DNA of 62,982 bases, filler included, from Octopus bimaculoides (Eukaryota), in the NCBI RefSeq assembly GCF_001194135.2. It is 6 parts of 5 records of this genome, joined end to end, with 100 filler letters (N's around TTAATTAATTAA, not from the genome) between each part and the next. Parts side by side here need not be neighbours in the genome. Positions count along the whole stretch, not along the records: positions 1 to 17,018 come from NC_068985.1; 5 more parts are not named here. One strand, written 5' to 3'. The position numbers and the translations under genes were made by a program. Positions 1-12,185 of the stretch are shown here, piece by piece (within the stretch, counting starts at the first letter, position 1; the number at the start of each line of letters is the position of its first letter). The notes beneath the pieces were generated by a model that saw only the letters and a program-made list of their open reading frames with translations, was not told the DNA's origin and did not search any database.

Positions 1-417
1 CAACGCTACAATCACAATTAGATTATATATATGTATTACGAAGTTTAAATCTAAATGTTCTTGGTTGTAGGTTAGGTTCAAGGCTCTTAATTTCCCTTAA
101 TTAATTGTCCGACTGAACAGTGGGATACTACATGAAAAAGTTGATAAAGTGTTGCCGCACAGAATAGAATCCGAGAATAACATGGACAACTGAATGAGAA
201 GAATTTAACTCTGTTACCGAATAGGACAGGCCCCTGAAGAATGTTGGAGGGTATAACTGCCGAAGGTTGTGACTATGGAAATTAAGATGTGTCAGAATAT
301 ATCACAGCATAATAAATGTGTATATAAAACGTTAATTTTTGAATTGGGACGCCAAGTTTTCCAAAAAGACTTGTTCAACTAGTAGTGGTGATTTAATTTT
401 CCAAAGATCATTTTAGA

Positions 418-865
418 GATAGGCCAGTTACTTCAGTATTTGTCCTGAAATAACATCTCTTATGGACTTACTGTGTTAAAACCCACAATAAATATCAGTG
501 AGAGACGAAAATTTGTTCCAGCATTGACCAGGGAAAGCGCCAGATACATTTCGGCATTTTGGGGCTTTTTCAAAGGCGCGTATTAGAGCCAGCCACATGC
601 TTGAACGAAAATTCGTCGTCTCTGATATAGAAATAGGTGAATAAATCATTCACTGATGTTGCGAATAGCCTCCCGGATTTAATAATCTAGTATATGTAAT
701 TGAAGCGGGATTAAATTAATAGCCCCAAAAAGCCGAAATGTATCTAGTGCCCTCGCTGGCTACTGCTGGGACGAATATCTGTATTTCTCTCTGATATTTA
801 TTGTTTTAAACACAAATCCAGAAGAGATATTATTCTGAGACAAATACCGCAGTAACTGGTCTATC
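418..865. mobile_element. Foldback MITE with ~150-bp imperfect terminal inverted repeats (arms ~418-566 and ~721-865)
   Basis: Inner arm agatacatttcggcattttggggct matches the reverse complement of agccccaaaaagccgaaatgtatct at 24/25. Homology continues outward to gataggccagttac / gtaactggtctatc. No clear TSD. Confidence 0.75.
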
Positions 866-977
866 GATTATTTGTATACACTGAGTATGGTAGCCAGATG
901 ACTATTTTGATTAAAAATTGCTTCACCTGATACAACCATTATTACACGCATACACATATATATATAGAGAGAGAGAA

Positions 978-1029
<52 letters not shown>

Positions 1030-1291
1030 GAAAGTGTGTATGTATTTATATATGCATGTATGTATGCATGTATGTATGCATGTATGCATGTGTGTAAGTA
1101 GATATGTATGCATGTATGTGTATGTGCGTGTGAGTGTACGTGTTGTTTGTGTAATACCAATTTCTTTTCTACGGAAATACCAGTATTTTCCAACTCCTCT
1201 ATAACCGGACGACATGACACAAACTCGGGTCGGAAATAAGGAGCGAAGTTAATGGAAGATTACTATATTCGAAATTAAATTTGTTCATTAC

Positions 1292-1434
1292 CTTTGGAAA
1301 TTATCAAATCTTTCACGGAAGTTAGGAAAATGACCAAAATGATGCGGACCAACCATTTCTATACCATAGAATGTCAACATCACTTTAAAAGCCTGCAAAA
1401 CTCTTCTTCTGAGAATAGGTTCAGTGCTGATGAT
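1292..1434 (-). CDS. OGFRL1: OGFr-family gene, internal exon (phase 0 to 2): IISTEPILRRRVLQAFKVMLTFYGIEMVGPHHFGHFPNFRERFDNFQ
   Basis: Acceptor ttccattgtttcag|, donor AG|gtaatg. Resembles OGFr RLVRAYELMLGFYGI...RFQNLN (human sequence from memory). In phase with exon 3137-3068. Symbol is family-level only; OGFR vs OGFRL1 orthology cannot be decided. Confidence 0.9.
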
Positions 1435-1548
1435 CTGAAACAATGGAAGCAATTCACTGTTTAGGACAATATCGCGTCAGTATTGCTGGTTTGCAGAATC
1501 GTTTGTGCGCCGGACAAAAAAAGTCCTCGCAAAATTTGTTGCGGTCAA

Positions 1549-1763
1549 GGCGACAAGCTGGCAAAATTGTTAGCATGCCGGGCAAAATGCTTCGCAACAT
1601 TTCGCCTTTATGTTCTGGGTTCAAATTCCGCCGAGGTCGACTTTGCCTTTCATCCTTTTGGGGTCGATAAAATAAGTACCAGTTAAACATTAGCGTCGAT
1701 ATAATATCGACTTACCCGCCCCTCGAAATTGCTGGCCCTGTGCTAAAATCCGAAACCAATATT
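1549..1763 (+). mobile_element. tRNA-derived SINE, family A (head ggcggcgagctggcagaa; body tttcatcctttcggggtcgataaa)
   Basis: Collinear with copies at 9597-10339; B-box-like gttcaaattcc. Preceded by a degenerate second head at ~1482-1520. Confidence 0.8.
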
Positions 1764-2214
1764 NNNNNNNNNNNNNNNNNNNNNNNNNNNNNNNNNNNNN
1801 NNNNNNNNNNNNNNNNNNNNNNNNNNNNNNNNNNNNNNNNNNNNNNNNNNNNNNNNNNNNNNNNNNNNNNNNNNNNNNNNNNNNNNNNNNNNNNNNNNNN
1901 NNNNNNNNNNNNNNNNNNNNNNNNNNNNNNNNNNNNNNNNNNNNNNNNNNNNNNNNNNNNNNNNNNNNNNNNNNNNNNNNNNNNNNNNNNNNNNNNNNNN
2001 NNNNNNNNNNNNNNNNNNNNNNNNNNNNNNNNNNNNNNNNNNNNNNNNNNNNNNNNNNNNNNNNNNNNNNNNNNNNNNNNNNNNNNNNNNNNNNNNNNNN
2101 NNNNNNNNNNNNNNNNNNNNNNNNNNNNNNNNNNNNNNNNATAATCAAATAGTCATGTGTAGCATAGACACAAAAAAAGACCGGAAACCGGAAATTTCGG
2201 AAGTAGGTTTAGTT

Positions 2215-2320
2215 TGCGAATTCAAACTTAGTACTTTATTCTACGACCCTAAGAGTATGAAATCAGTTTGATATCGGCAGAATATGGCAATATATTTTAT
2301 CCAATGTTCTAACGATTCCG
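2215..2320 (-). mobile_element. Highly decayed SINE family A fragment
   Basis: Reverse complement gives gcggaatcgttagaac...tagggtcgtagaataaagtac, matching family A head and body motifs. Confidence 0.4.
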
Positions 2321-2552
2321 CTTATTCACACACAACCCGTTAATAACACTATGTAACAAAATTTTTATTTTTTTTATCTTTGGTCAGTAAATATTATTTC
2401 CTATTTGCTTCTATCTAGAAATCAAAGGAAATGACTATTATTCCCTTCAAAATTTGCTTTTGTAACCTGGACATCAATGTTTTGAAGCTGACCTATTTTT
2501 CATTACATTTCAGACAGGTTCAGCGCCGAATGCTGAAACAGAAATATTGTTA

Positions 2553-2720
2553 TAGCAAATATTCTGCACAATAGCACAGATTTGCTTGTCAGTTGCTTGA
2601 CATTAACTACTTGAGCATGTCCCTTAGTAGCTGGCAAAATGTGCATCCCTGATTATGACTAGGAACAGTGAGGGAGCATCGTAGCCATGTTTTGATAGGA
2701 ATTTTTTGAGGTTTGAATAA
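2553..2720 (+). mobile_element. Internal fragment of the ~550-bp (TAA)n-associated non-coding element
   Basis: gcaaatattctgcacaatagcacagatttgcttgtcagttg...gagcatgtcccttagt aligns with 48770-48930 and with the minus-strand copy at 8672-9217. Confidence 0.65.
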
Positions 2721-2855
2721 ATGTAACAAAAGTAAAGTCTGAAGGAAATATTAGCAATTTTTCATACTTTCTAGAGGTAAATAAATAGGAAATAACAGTT
2801 GCTACCCAAGGACCAAAATCATGTTACACAGTGTTATTGTTTGTAACACAAGCAC

Positions 2856-3005
2856 AGGTTAGTCGATTACATTGACCCCAGTACTTGACTGGTACTTTAT
2901 TTTATTAACTCTAGAGGAATGAAAGACAATACTGACATTGGCATGGCCAGAACTTAGAATGTAGAGAGCCAGAAAAAATATGGCAAGGTATGTTGTTCCA
3001 AAACT
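2856..3005 (-). mobile_element. Decayed SINE family A, partial
   Basis: gtcgattacattgaccccagt...actggtactttatttt is the reverse complement of the family A body. Confidence 0.6.
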
Positions 3006-3067
3006 TAAAGCAATCTGTCCGCTCGCCACCTTAAATGCAAACATAAATTATTAAAATTCAGACTTAC

Positions 3068-3137
3068 GCTTCTCTCTTCTTCTGTTAATGGCTGAGCATA
3101 AATATTCGTCTTGCTGCTTCTCGGGAGAGGAAACAAC
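3068..3137 (-). CDS. OGFRL1: OGFr-family gene, internal exon (phase 2 to 0): (W)LFPLPRSSKTNIYAQPLTEEERS
   Basis: Acceptor ttgtttgcattcaag|, donor AGC|gtaagt. Completes the YIQW-LFP signature across the intron; compare human WLFPLREPGVNWHAKPLTLREVE (from memory). Confidence 0.92.
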
Positions 3138-3779
3138 CTTGAATGCAAACAAAATATGGTTGAAACATAATTGAATGGGGAGGGAGTAAAAAAGAAGTGG
3201 GGTGGGGATCCTCACCATTTTTCTGATGTAAAATTTTGTGGACTATGTCAATGGTTTTCAGACAGTCCAAATCCAGCACTCATACAAAACCCTACCACGC
3301 AGTAAGTTCTGGGGGAGGAGACAAGTCGGTTACATTGACTCCAGTATTCAACTTTATTAATGAGATGACGTAAGATTTTTCATCCAAATAAGTTTTCTTT
3401 CTTGTCTATGATGCTTAATAAGTTAAAAAAAATATAAAACCATCTTGATTTCATTAAACATGGTAATTTTTCCACCTGCTTTTCAATCCTCACAGCTTCC
3501 TATGAAAAATCCCAGAGACTGCACCAATTTTACCTGTTCATTATCTCCTTGTTAAAGCTTGTTTCCAACATAGAAGGACATGGACGTGTTGTATGTATTT
3601 AGTGAACATAAACTTTGCGTCTATTACGTTAGCATCTGCATAGTGCCCGTTTGTCGTGTTAGCTGCATGAATACTTTGATAAAATCTACTGCAAACATCT
3701 ACATGTTATCTTTGCTACATCATTTATATGGTGTATCTATTTAATCACTTACTCTGCTTAGTTAAGTTCTATACAGAGT

Positions 3780-4450
3780 GAAGTTTTATCCAGTCAATAT
3801 TTATACAAAGTTAACCATATACAGTGTATATATAGTGAAAATCTGCTTGGATAACTTATAAGCAAAATCTATGCATTATTTCTACCGGTTAGACATTTTT
3901 TCTCTCTTTGTCCACCAAGTTACTATTTACACCGGAGGCAAAATAGTGAACATACAAGGTATGTATATCGAGTGAATATCTTATGTACTATTTCTATCCA
4001 GACGATTTCAGCAACATTTTTCAATTCAACCAATATCTGTACTCTATATCAATCCAATTAACAGGTATGCACAGTTCTCTCCAGTTTTCATCTATACCCT
4101 GTATATAACTAGTTCACATTTAAATATTATGTTTCTCTATGTCTATCTATGCTGTCAAAATCTACACAAAGTGCCAGTCAAATCAACTTACATATATTCT
4201 CTGCTTAATCAACGTCTACATTTATATACACCATCCAATCAACATCTATGTACATTTGACTGTCCCCTGTATTTATATTAATACAGTGACTATCCAATAT
4301 CTACACAAAGTCTGTTCATTGTGTCAATCAAATCAACCCCTACACTATATTCCTCCAGTCAATCACTACACACGTTTACTATTCAGTGAACATTGACACA
4401 CTGTGTATCTATCTACCAATCCAATAAACATATACACACTGCCTCTATCC
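3780..4450. repeat. Degenerate minisatellite-like tract (recurring tatccartcaatatctayacaaagt-type module)
   Basis: Module variants at ~3788, ~4160 and ~4290, with further ccaatc/ccagtc remnants; irregular period. Confidence 0.45.
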
Positions 4451-4465
4451 AGTAGTTATGTAGAC

Positions 4466-4749
4466 CAGGGGTTCTGAACCATTTTCCATCAATGGATCCC
4501 TTTGATTGCTATTTTATTCTGGTGGACCCCCATAGCCGTTCAATGTTTAATAATTAACCTTATAGAAACTTTCAAAATTCCTATATTGTTTTTAAACATT
4601 AACTTGTGTAGGTTAAACTATGTAAAATGTAAAAGACAGAAACCTATCTGTTTCTTGCAATACATACCAATATATACATCTAAAGCAAATTTTTTTAAGG
4701 GCCCTTAAGATATTATTAGAGAACCACTGATATTATTAGAGAACCACTG
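4466..4749. mobile_element. hAT (Charlie-like) MITE
   Basis: TIRs caggggttctgaac / tagagaaccactg. 8-bp TSD atgtagac (4458-4465) vs atttagac (4750-4757), 7/8. The right terminal 20 bp are tandemly duplicated. Confidence 0.85.
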
Positions 4750-4877
4750 ATTTAGACAGATAACTACCTGACCAATACATAAAACAATGTCTACCTCGTC
4801 AAAGTACAAAGATCATGTATATTTAATTCTCAGGCAAAAAAAAAAATGATACGGCAAAAATTTAATCAGGCACTTAC

Positions 4878-4956
4878 CATTGTATGTACCCATTATGGTG
4901 CTGGAGTATTTCAAAATCTTCAGCCCAAGATTCCAAAATTACTTCTATATAGGCAC
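4878..4956 (-). CDS. OGFRL1: OGFr-family gene, internal exon (phase 1 to 2): (G)AYIEVILESWAEDFEILQHHNGYIQ(W)
   Basis: Acceptor ccttcctgtctttttttaag|, donor TG|gtaagt. Aligns without gaps to human GCFIEDILQNWTDNYDLLEDNHSYIQW (from memory). Confidence 0.92.
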
Positions 4957-5456
4957 CTTAAAAAAAGACAGGAAGGTAGGGCACAGTGAATAATGTTTAC
5001 TGCGTTTTTTTTTGTTTTTTTTTTACTGAGAAAAAATATTTTCAAGGGATAGTCGGCTGAGGTTAAGCATACAACATATTTGATACATGGAAAACCTTCA
5101 AATACTATTGTTATGTCATAATCACTCGTGACGCAATTATTCTTATATAAATATGTTTGTACTCATTATACATAAACACACACACACATATATAAATATA
5201 TACATAATACATACACACATATACATAATGCATATACACACATACACACATATATATAAATACATATATATACACACACACACATGCATCCATAAATATA
5301 TGCATACATACATGCATGCATACATACATACACACATACATGCATTACATACATACATACACACATACATACATACATAAATACATGCATGCATGCATAC
5401 ATACATACATACATACATACATACATAAAAAATACACATATCAATGAATACAGTGA

Positions 5457-5545
5457 AGTGTTCCCCTGATGATCCATTGCGGTCAGGCATCCAAATGCAG
5501 TTGGAAACATCCAATAACTGCAATGGCGAAACGTACGTAGGTACT
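5457..5545 (+). ncRNA. Type I hammerhead ribozyme-like motif, Penelope-type with palindromic helix III
   Basis: CTGATGA at 5466-5472. 10-bp helix II ccattgcggt (5474-5483) / actgcaatgg (5517-5526). GAAA at 5528-5531, then C-GTAC-GTA, with predicted cleavage after 5539. Deviations: T-C mismatch at the base of helix II and a weak, bulged helix I. Confidence 0.6.
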
Positions 5546-5712
5546 ATTAATCTATGATTGTGGTTATCTTAATTTTCCCACAACATATGCTTTTTATGTC
5601 AGAGCTAGTATCAACGCTAAGTACAGTGTAGACTAACCACAGCACATATACCATCATCATCCTCATCATCCCCACCATCCTCATCATCATCGTCGTCGTC
5701 GTCGTCGTCGTC

Positions 5713-5713
5713 G

Positions 5714-5771
<58 letters not shown>

Positions 5772-5896
5772 TTAACATCCGTTTTCCATGCCGGCATGGG
5801 TAGGTTTGACAGGAACTGGCAAGTTAGATGACTGTATCAGGCTCTGATGTTTGTTTTGGCTTTGCTGCTACGGCTGGATGCCCTTCCTAGCGCCAA
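5713..5896 (-). mobile_element. 3' end of an RTE-type retroelement with (GAT)n tail
   Basis: Reverse complement reads ttggcgctaggaagggcatccagcc...gcatggaaaacggatgttaaatgatgatg; same terminus as 40855-41012 and 51895-51948. The RTE assignment is inferred. Confidence 0.7.
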
Positions 5897-5908
5897 TACT
5901 TGTATATA

Positions 5909-7667
<1,759 letters not shown>

Positions 7668-8242
7668 ANNNNNNNNNNNNNNNNNNNNNNNNNNNNNNNN
7701 NNNNNNNNNNNNNNNNNNNNNNNNNNNNNNNNNNNNNNNNNNNNNNNNNNNNNNNNNNNNNNNNNNNNNNNNNNNNNNNNNNNNNNNNNNNNNNNNNNNN
7801 NNNNNNNNNNNNNNNNNNNNNNNNNNNNNNNNNNNNNNNNNNNNNNNNNNNNNNNNNNNNNNNNNNNNNNNNNNNNNNNNNNNNNNTAAACAAAGAAGAA
7901 TACGAGCATATTAAATGCAGGATAAATTTTTCATTTTTTGTTTTATTATCTCTGCTTCCGGAGAAGATAAAACAATCGCTAGGTGGCAGTTAGAACTAAA
8001 TCCAAATAAGGAGAAGTGTTAAACTAATAAAATCAAGAATTCGATCGGAATTCCTTACTGTTCACTTTTTTCCCCTCCAAACGTCGAACTACACAAGTTC
8101 AAAAACGAACTTCAAAGAGTACGAATTTCAATATCACACCACACGGTAGAGCTAGGAAATTCTTCCTGATCGTTCGACAAATATAAAGAAAACAGCAACA
8201 CTGTTATCTCTACACAGAAAGTTTAAAATCAAGTCAACGTAC

Positions 8243-8465
8243 CATTGGGAAGTGACGGTTGTTTGTTGAAGTAAAACTTCAGATTCGAATTTCTATTTTC
8301 TTCAAATAAATAACGTGGAGTAGAAGAGCCCGTAAACTCTCGAAAAATAACTTTCTCTTCTTTCGGATACGTCCTTATAAAACACTTCGGTCGCTTACAT
8401 ATATCAGGTGTAGAAGGTGAAGATCCCGTTGTCACATGCATTACCGGAGTCATGATGTAATAGGG
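8243..8465 (-). CDS. OGFRL1: OGFr-family gene exon (phase 0 to 1): PYYIMTPVM...ENRNSNLKFYFNKQPSLPN(G)
   Basis: Acceptor atttatcacctttacctag|, donor AAT G|gtacgt. NLKFYFNKQPSLPNG resembles human NLSFYRNEIRFLPNG (from memory). G+GT restores the Gly codon with the next exon. Confidence 0.85.
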
Positions 8466-8502
8466 CTAGGTAAAGGTGATAAATGATTTACATTATTATG
8501 AC

Positions 8503-8508
8503 TTGACA

Positions 8509-8559
<51 letters not shown>

Positions 8560-8567
8560 CATTATCA

Positions 8568-8606
<39 letters not shown>

Positions 8607-8671
8607 TTTAAAAAAGGATTGACGTCTTGACTATTATTATTATCATTATTATTATTATTATTATTATTATT
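8503..8671. repeat. (TTA)n microsatellite tract
   Basis: Direct reading; left edge of the insertion nest at 8.5-10.8 kb. Confidence 0.95.
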
Positions 8672-9217
8672 GAGTGAGAGAGCAGTGCATGCCATCAAAG
8701 TAACACTGGGGTAAAATATATGAAGCCCATTATACCCATCAGGACAACCCGTCTGATAAGGGTACACCAGGCACATGCATCACAACTATATGTGCGCGAC
8801 ATGGTGATCTCATATCAAAATAAACAGCGCATGACCTCGCAGGTGGGACCCAGTTAGAATTTTCTTCTGGTCGAGTAGCCCATCCAGCTGAAAAGGTCCC
8901 TGAATAAGGTTTGTTTAAGGATGATGAACAAAACACCAATGCTTCCAAAGGTGAATTATTCAAACCCCAAAGAATTCCTCTCAACACATGGCTATGATGC
9001 TCCCCCACTACTTCTGCTCATGATCAGAGATGCACATGTCGTCAGCCACTAAGGGACATGCTCAACTGGTTAAGGTCAAACAACTGACAAGCAAATCTGG
9101 GNNNNNNNNNNATGTACATGATAACACTTCCAATCAATTAAGATCAGAAGCCATGAGAGCCACTGCCTGGTACTGCATCCGGGCATAGCTACTGCCTGGT
9201 ACTGCATCCGGGCATTT
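8672..9217 (-). mobile_element. ~550-bp non-coding retroposon-like element embedded in (TAA)n, with its 5' ~28 nt duplicated
   Basis: Minus strand: (aat)n-aaatgcccggatgcagtaccaggcagt...ctctctcactc-(aat)n. A homologous copy starts the same way at 48664. No tRNA A/B boxes or coding similarity recognised. Contains a 9-N gap. Confidence 0.75.
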
Positions 9218-9250
9218 ATTATTATTATTATCATTATTATTATTATTATT

Positions 9251-9555
9251 ACTATTGTTCAGTAGTTTTATTTTTATAACGTGCTTTCACTTCACTACCG
9301 AGCGCAGCTCTGTGCGCCTTGGGTATGTGCTGTGGTTTGCCGTGGTGCTCTTATGTTTACTGTATTGAAAGTGTTTTGCGTAGAATGTGTGCAGTACCCA
9401 GTAGTGCAATTTTCTGTATGTTATATATATTTGTAAGTCCTGGTGTTTTTGTTATGTATTTGTCTGAATATTTTTTTATTATCCCTAAGGCACCTACTAT
9501 GATAGGAATTGTTTCTGTTTTTAGACTCCACATTCGAGTTATCTCTATTTCTATT
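9251..9555 (-). mobile_element. 5'-truncated R4/Dong-like (RLE) non-LTR retrotransposon: C-terminus plus 3' UTR, inserted in (TAA)n
   Basis: EIEITRMWSLKTETIPIIVGALGIIKK...IQKIALLGTAHILRKTL* is the typical RLE-clade C-terminus. Flanked on both sides by TAA repeats, the established Dong target. Confidence 0.85.
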
Positions 9556-9596
9556 ATCATTATTATTATTATTATTATTATCATTATTATTATTAA

Positions 9597-9809
9597 GGCG
9601 GCGAGCTGGCAGGATACTTAGCACGCTGGACAAAATGCTTAGCGGTATTTCGTCTGCCGCTACATTCTGATTTCAAATTACGCCGTGGTCGATTTTGTCT
9701 GTCATCCTTTCGGGGTCGATAAATTAAGTACCAGTGAAACACTGGGGTCGATCTCATCGACTAGTCCCCTCTCCCAAAATCTCAAGGCCTTGTGACTGCA
9801 GTAGAAAAG
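9597..9809 (+). mobile_element. SINE family A, full length
   Basis: ggcggcgagctggcagg head, conserved body, (att)n tail. Confidence 0.9.
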
Positions 9810-9826
9810 TTTATTATTTTTATTAA

Positions 9827-10050
9827 GGCGGCGAGCTAGCAGAGTCGGTAGCACGCTGGTCGAAATGCTTAGCGGTATTTCGCCCGTCGCTACGCTCTGA
9901 CTTCAAATTCCGCCGAGGTCACCTTTGCCTTTCATCCTTTCGGGGTCTATAAATTAAGTACCAGTTACGCACTGGGGTCAATGTAATCGACTGGTCCTCC
10001 CCCACCACCCCCAAAAAAGAAATTCAGGCCTTGTGCCTATAGCAGAAAGA
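9827..10050 (+). mobile_element. SINE family A, full length
   Basis: Collinear with 9597-9809; (att)n tail. Confidence 0.9.
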
Positions 10051-10072
10051 ATTATTATTATCATCATCATCA

Positions 10073-10130
<58 letters not shown>

Positions 10131-10339
10131 AGCGGTGAGCTGGCAGAATCATTAGCGCGCTGGACGAAATGCTTAGCGGTATTTCGCCCGCTCTAAGTTC
10201 TTTGTTCAAATTCCGCTGAAGTCGACTTTGCCTTTCATCCTTTCGGAGTCGATAAAATAAGTACCAGTTGAACACTGGGTCGATGTAATCGACTCATCCC
10301 CTCCCTTAAAATTGCTGTCCTTGCGGCAAATTTGAAACC
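10131..10339 (+). mobile_element. SINE family A, full length (variant 3' end like the 1549 copy)
   Basis: gcggtgagctggcagaatc head; ends aaattgctgtccttgcggcaaatttgaaacc-(att)n. Confidence 0.9.
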
Positions 10340-10355
10340 ATTATTATTATTATAC

Positions 10356-10391
<36 letters not shown>

Positions 10392-10396
<5 letters not shown>

Positions 10397-10424
10397 TAGT
10401 TTTATTTTTATAACGTGCTTTCAC

Positions 10425-10425
<1 letters not shown>
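10392..10425 (-). mobile_element. Extreme 5'-truncated (~34 bp) tip of the Dong-like element
   Basis: ttcagtagttttatttttataacgtgctttcact matches the 3' terminus of the 9251-9555 element and sits in (TAA)n on both sides. Confidence 0.8.
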
Positions 10426-10471
<46 letters not shown>

Positions 10472-10795
10472 GGATGGTATGTTGACAGAATTGTTGGAGC
10501 GACAGGCAAAATTCCTTGAAGTATTTTCCCAAGCTCATTACATTCTGAGCTCAGTTACCTCCGAGCTCGACTTTGTCATTCATTCGTCCTTTTGGGGTCG
10601 ATGAAAGAAGACCCACTTGAGCAGTGGTGTCGATTTAATCGTCTAGACCCCTTTCCACTAAAACAATTGCTAGCCTTGATCCAAAATCAAATAAAAGGAC
10701 CGATAAAATAAGTACCAGTTGAGTATCGGGTCTATATAACCGATTTACTCCCTCCCTCTGCAACTGCTGGTCTTGTGTCAAAATCTGGAAGAATT
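10472..10795 (+). mobile_element. Older SINE family A copy followed by a second partial body
   Basis: ctcgactttgtcattcattcgtccttttggggtcgatg, and again ccgataaaataagtaccagttgag at ~10700. Confidence 0.65.
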
Positions 10796-11699
10796 ATTAT
10801 AATAAAATATATAATTTTAAAATTTTACATAAAAAATAAAAGCATTGTTGTTGTTACTACTGTTGTTCTTGTTTTGAGTTGGATGTGCTTGGCTTCAGCT
10901 CGTAAAAGTTAGTTGTTTTGATGGAAATACTTTGTTCTGTTTTCATTTTTTTTTTTAGCCATTTCGTTAAATGGGACACTCCATTTCACCGTGAGAAGAA
11001 GGGAACAGTAAATGCTAACCCTGGGAGACATTTCTCTTACAACAGAGATTTCACCATATTGTAAATTTTAATGTTTAAAAATCATAGCGAGACCAGAAAA
11101 CAGGACCACTAGACCGTATGAAAGGACGATGAGAATGAAGTCATTACGGTTTAGTAACGAAATAGTGATAGAGAAGTCTAGTCTAGAGGAAGATTTTATT
11201 AACAACCTAAGAAAGGCATTTAGGAAACGTATCGGGACCAACATGCAGGCAGTGAGATTGGGCTTCGACTAATATTACAAGTAAAACACAAAAGCTACAT
11301 TGTCAGAGCAAGGGCATGTGCTCGAAAACATGAAGCCATTCGATTGGCTCGGGTGTCAAAGGCATTGTGTGGCACACAAGTAGAAAGGCCCTTTACTATT
11401 ACGTCTAGGGCTAGTTAGTTTGGAGGGGTCGAAGTCCTATTTATGACTGAAACCCTCGCACTCTTTGATCGCCCACTAGAGTAATGATTTCTTTCTCTTC
11501 CCCACTTCTGTGGAAAGAAGGACGGTAAAGCTAACAGTACTGCGAATCCCACTGGAGATAGCCTTCTAGTGGATCCAGACTTGCATAGTGTTGAAGGGGT
11601 GTAATACCGTACTGGATGTTACGAGAATGAGATGGAAGAATTAGTTAAAGATCAAACTATAGGTCCCTCCCCATATAAAATCTGAACACCTAGAAAAGA

Positions 11700-12098
11700 T
11701 CTCATGCTCATCTCCCTGTCAAATGCGATGGTGCTGTGAGTAACTGTGGAGGTTAGAAGACTGAAATGCCATTTGTGTGGAACGATCAACCATCTAGAGC
11801 CTTCTGGCCACACAACCGAAAACACGTAAGGGGAGAGAAGGGCCGCACTCCTGCCGACACCATCGCGGTAACAACAACAACGTGCAATAAGAAAGGTTGT
11901 AGCAAGAGCAGCAGTGAGAGGGTAAACAGAAGCAACAATAACAATGACACCAACAATATCCGCAGCAACCGTAGAAACAGTAAAAACAGCAGCACTAACA
12001 ACATTAACATATAACCTTTAGGCGTACAAACTGCTATGGAGGAAATTAACAATTACAACACCAAAATCTCCATCCAGGCAATATCTTAACCCAGGTCC

Positions 12099-12185
<87 letters not shown>

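Noticed and set aside
128-272. Candidate next OGFr exon on the minus strand (good acceptor; reads S-HNLRQLYPP...INFFM*)
   Set aside because: The phase fits and HNLR echoes HNNLRITRIL, but the ITRILKSL helix is absent and the spacing to FF is wrong. The region also resembles a decayed repeat with a broken hammerhead-like ctgaaga...ccgaagg. The true exon probably lies outside the window; RNA-seq would settle it.
1422-1460. cagtg-CTGATGA-tct-GAAA...cactg hammerhead look-alike
   Set aside because: No helix II or III can form; the sequence is the reverse complement of the OGFr exon start and its splice acceptor.
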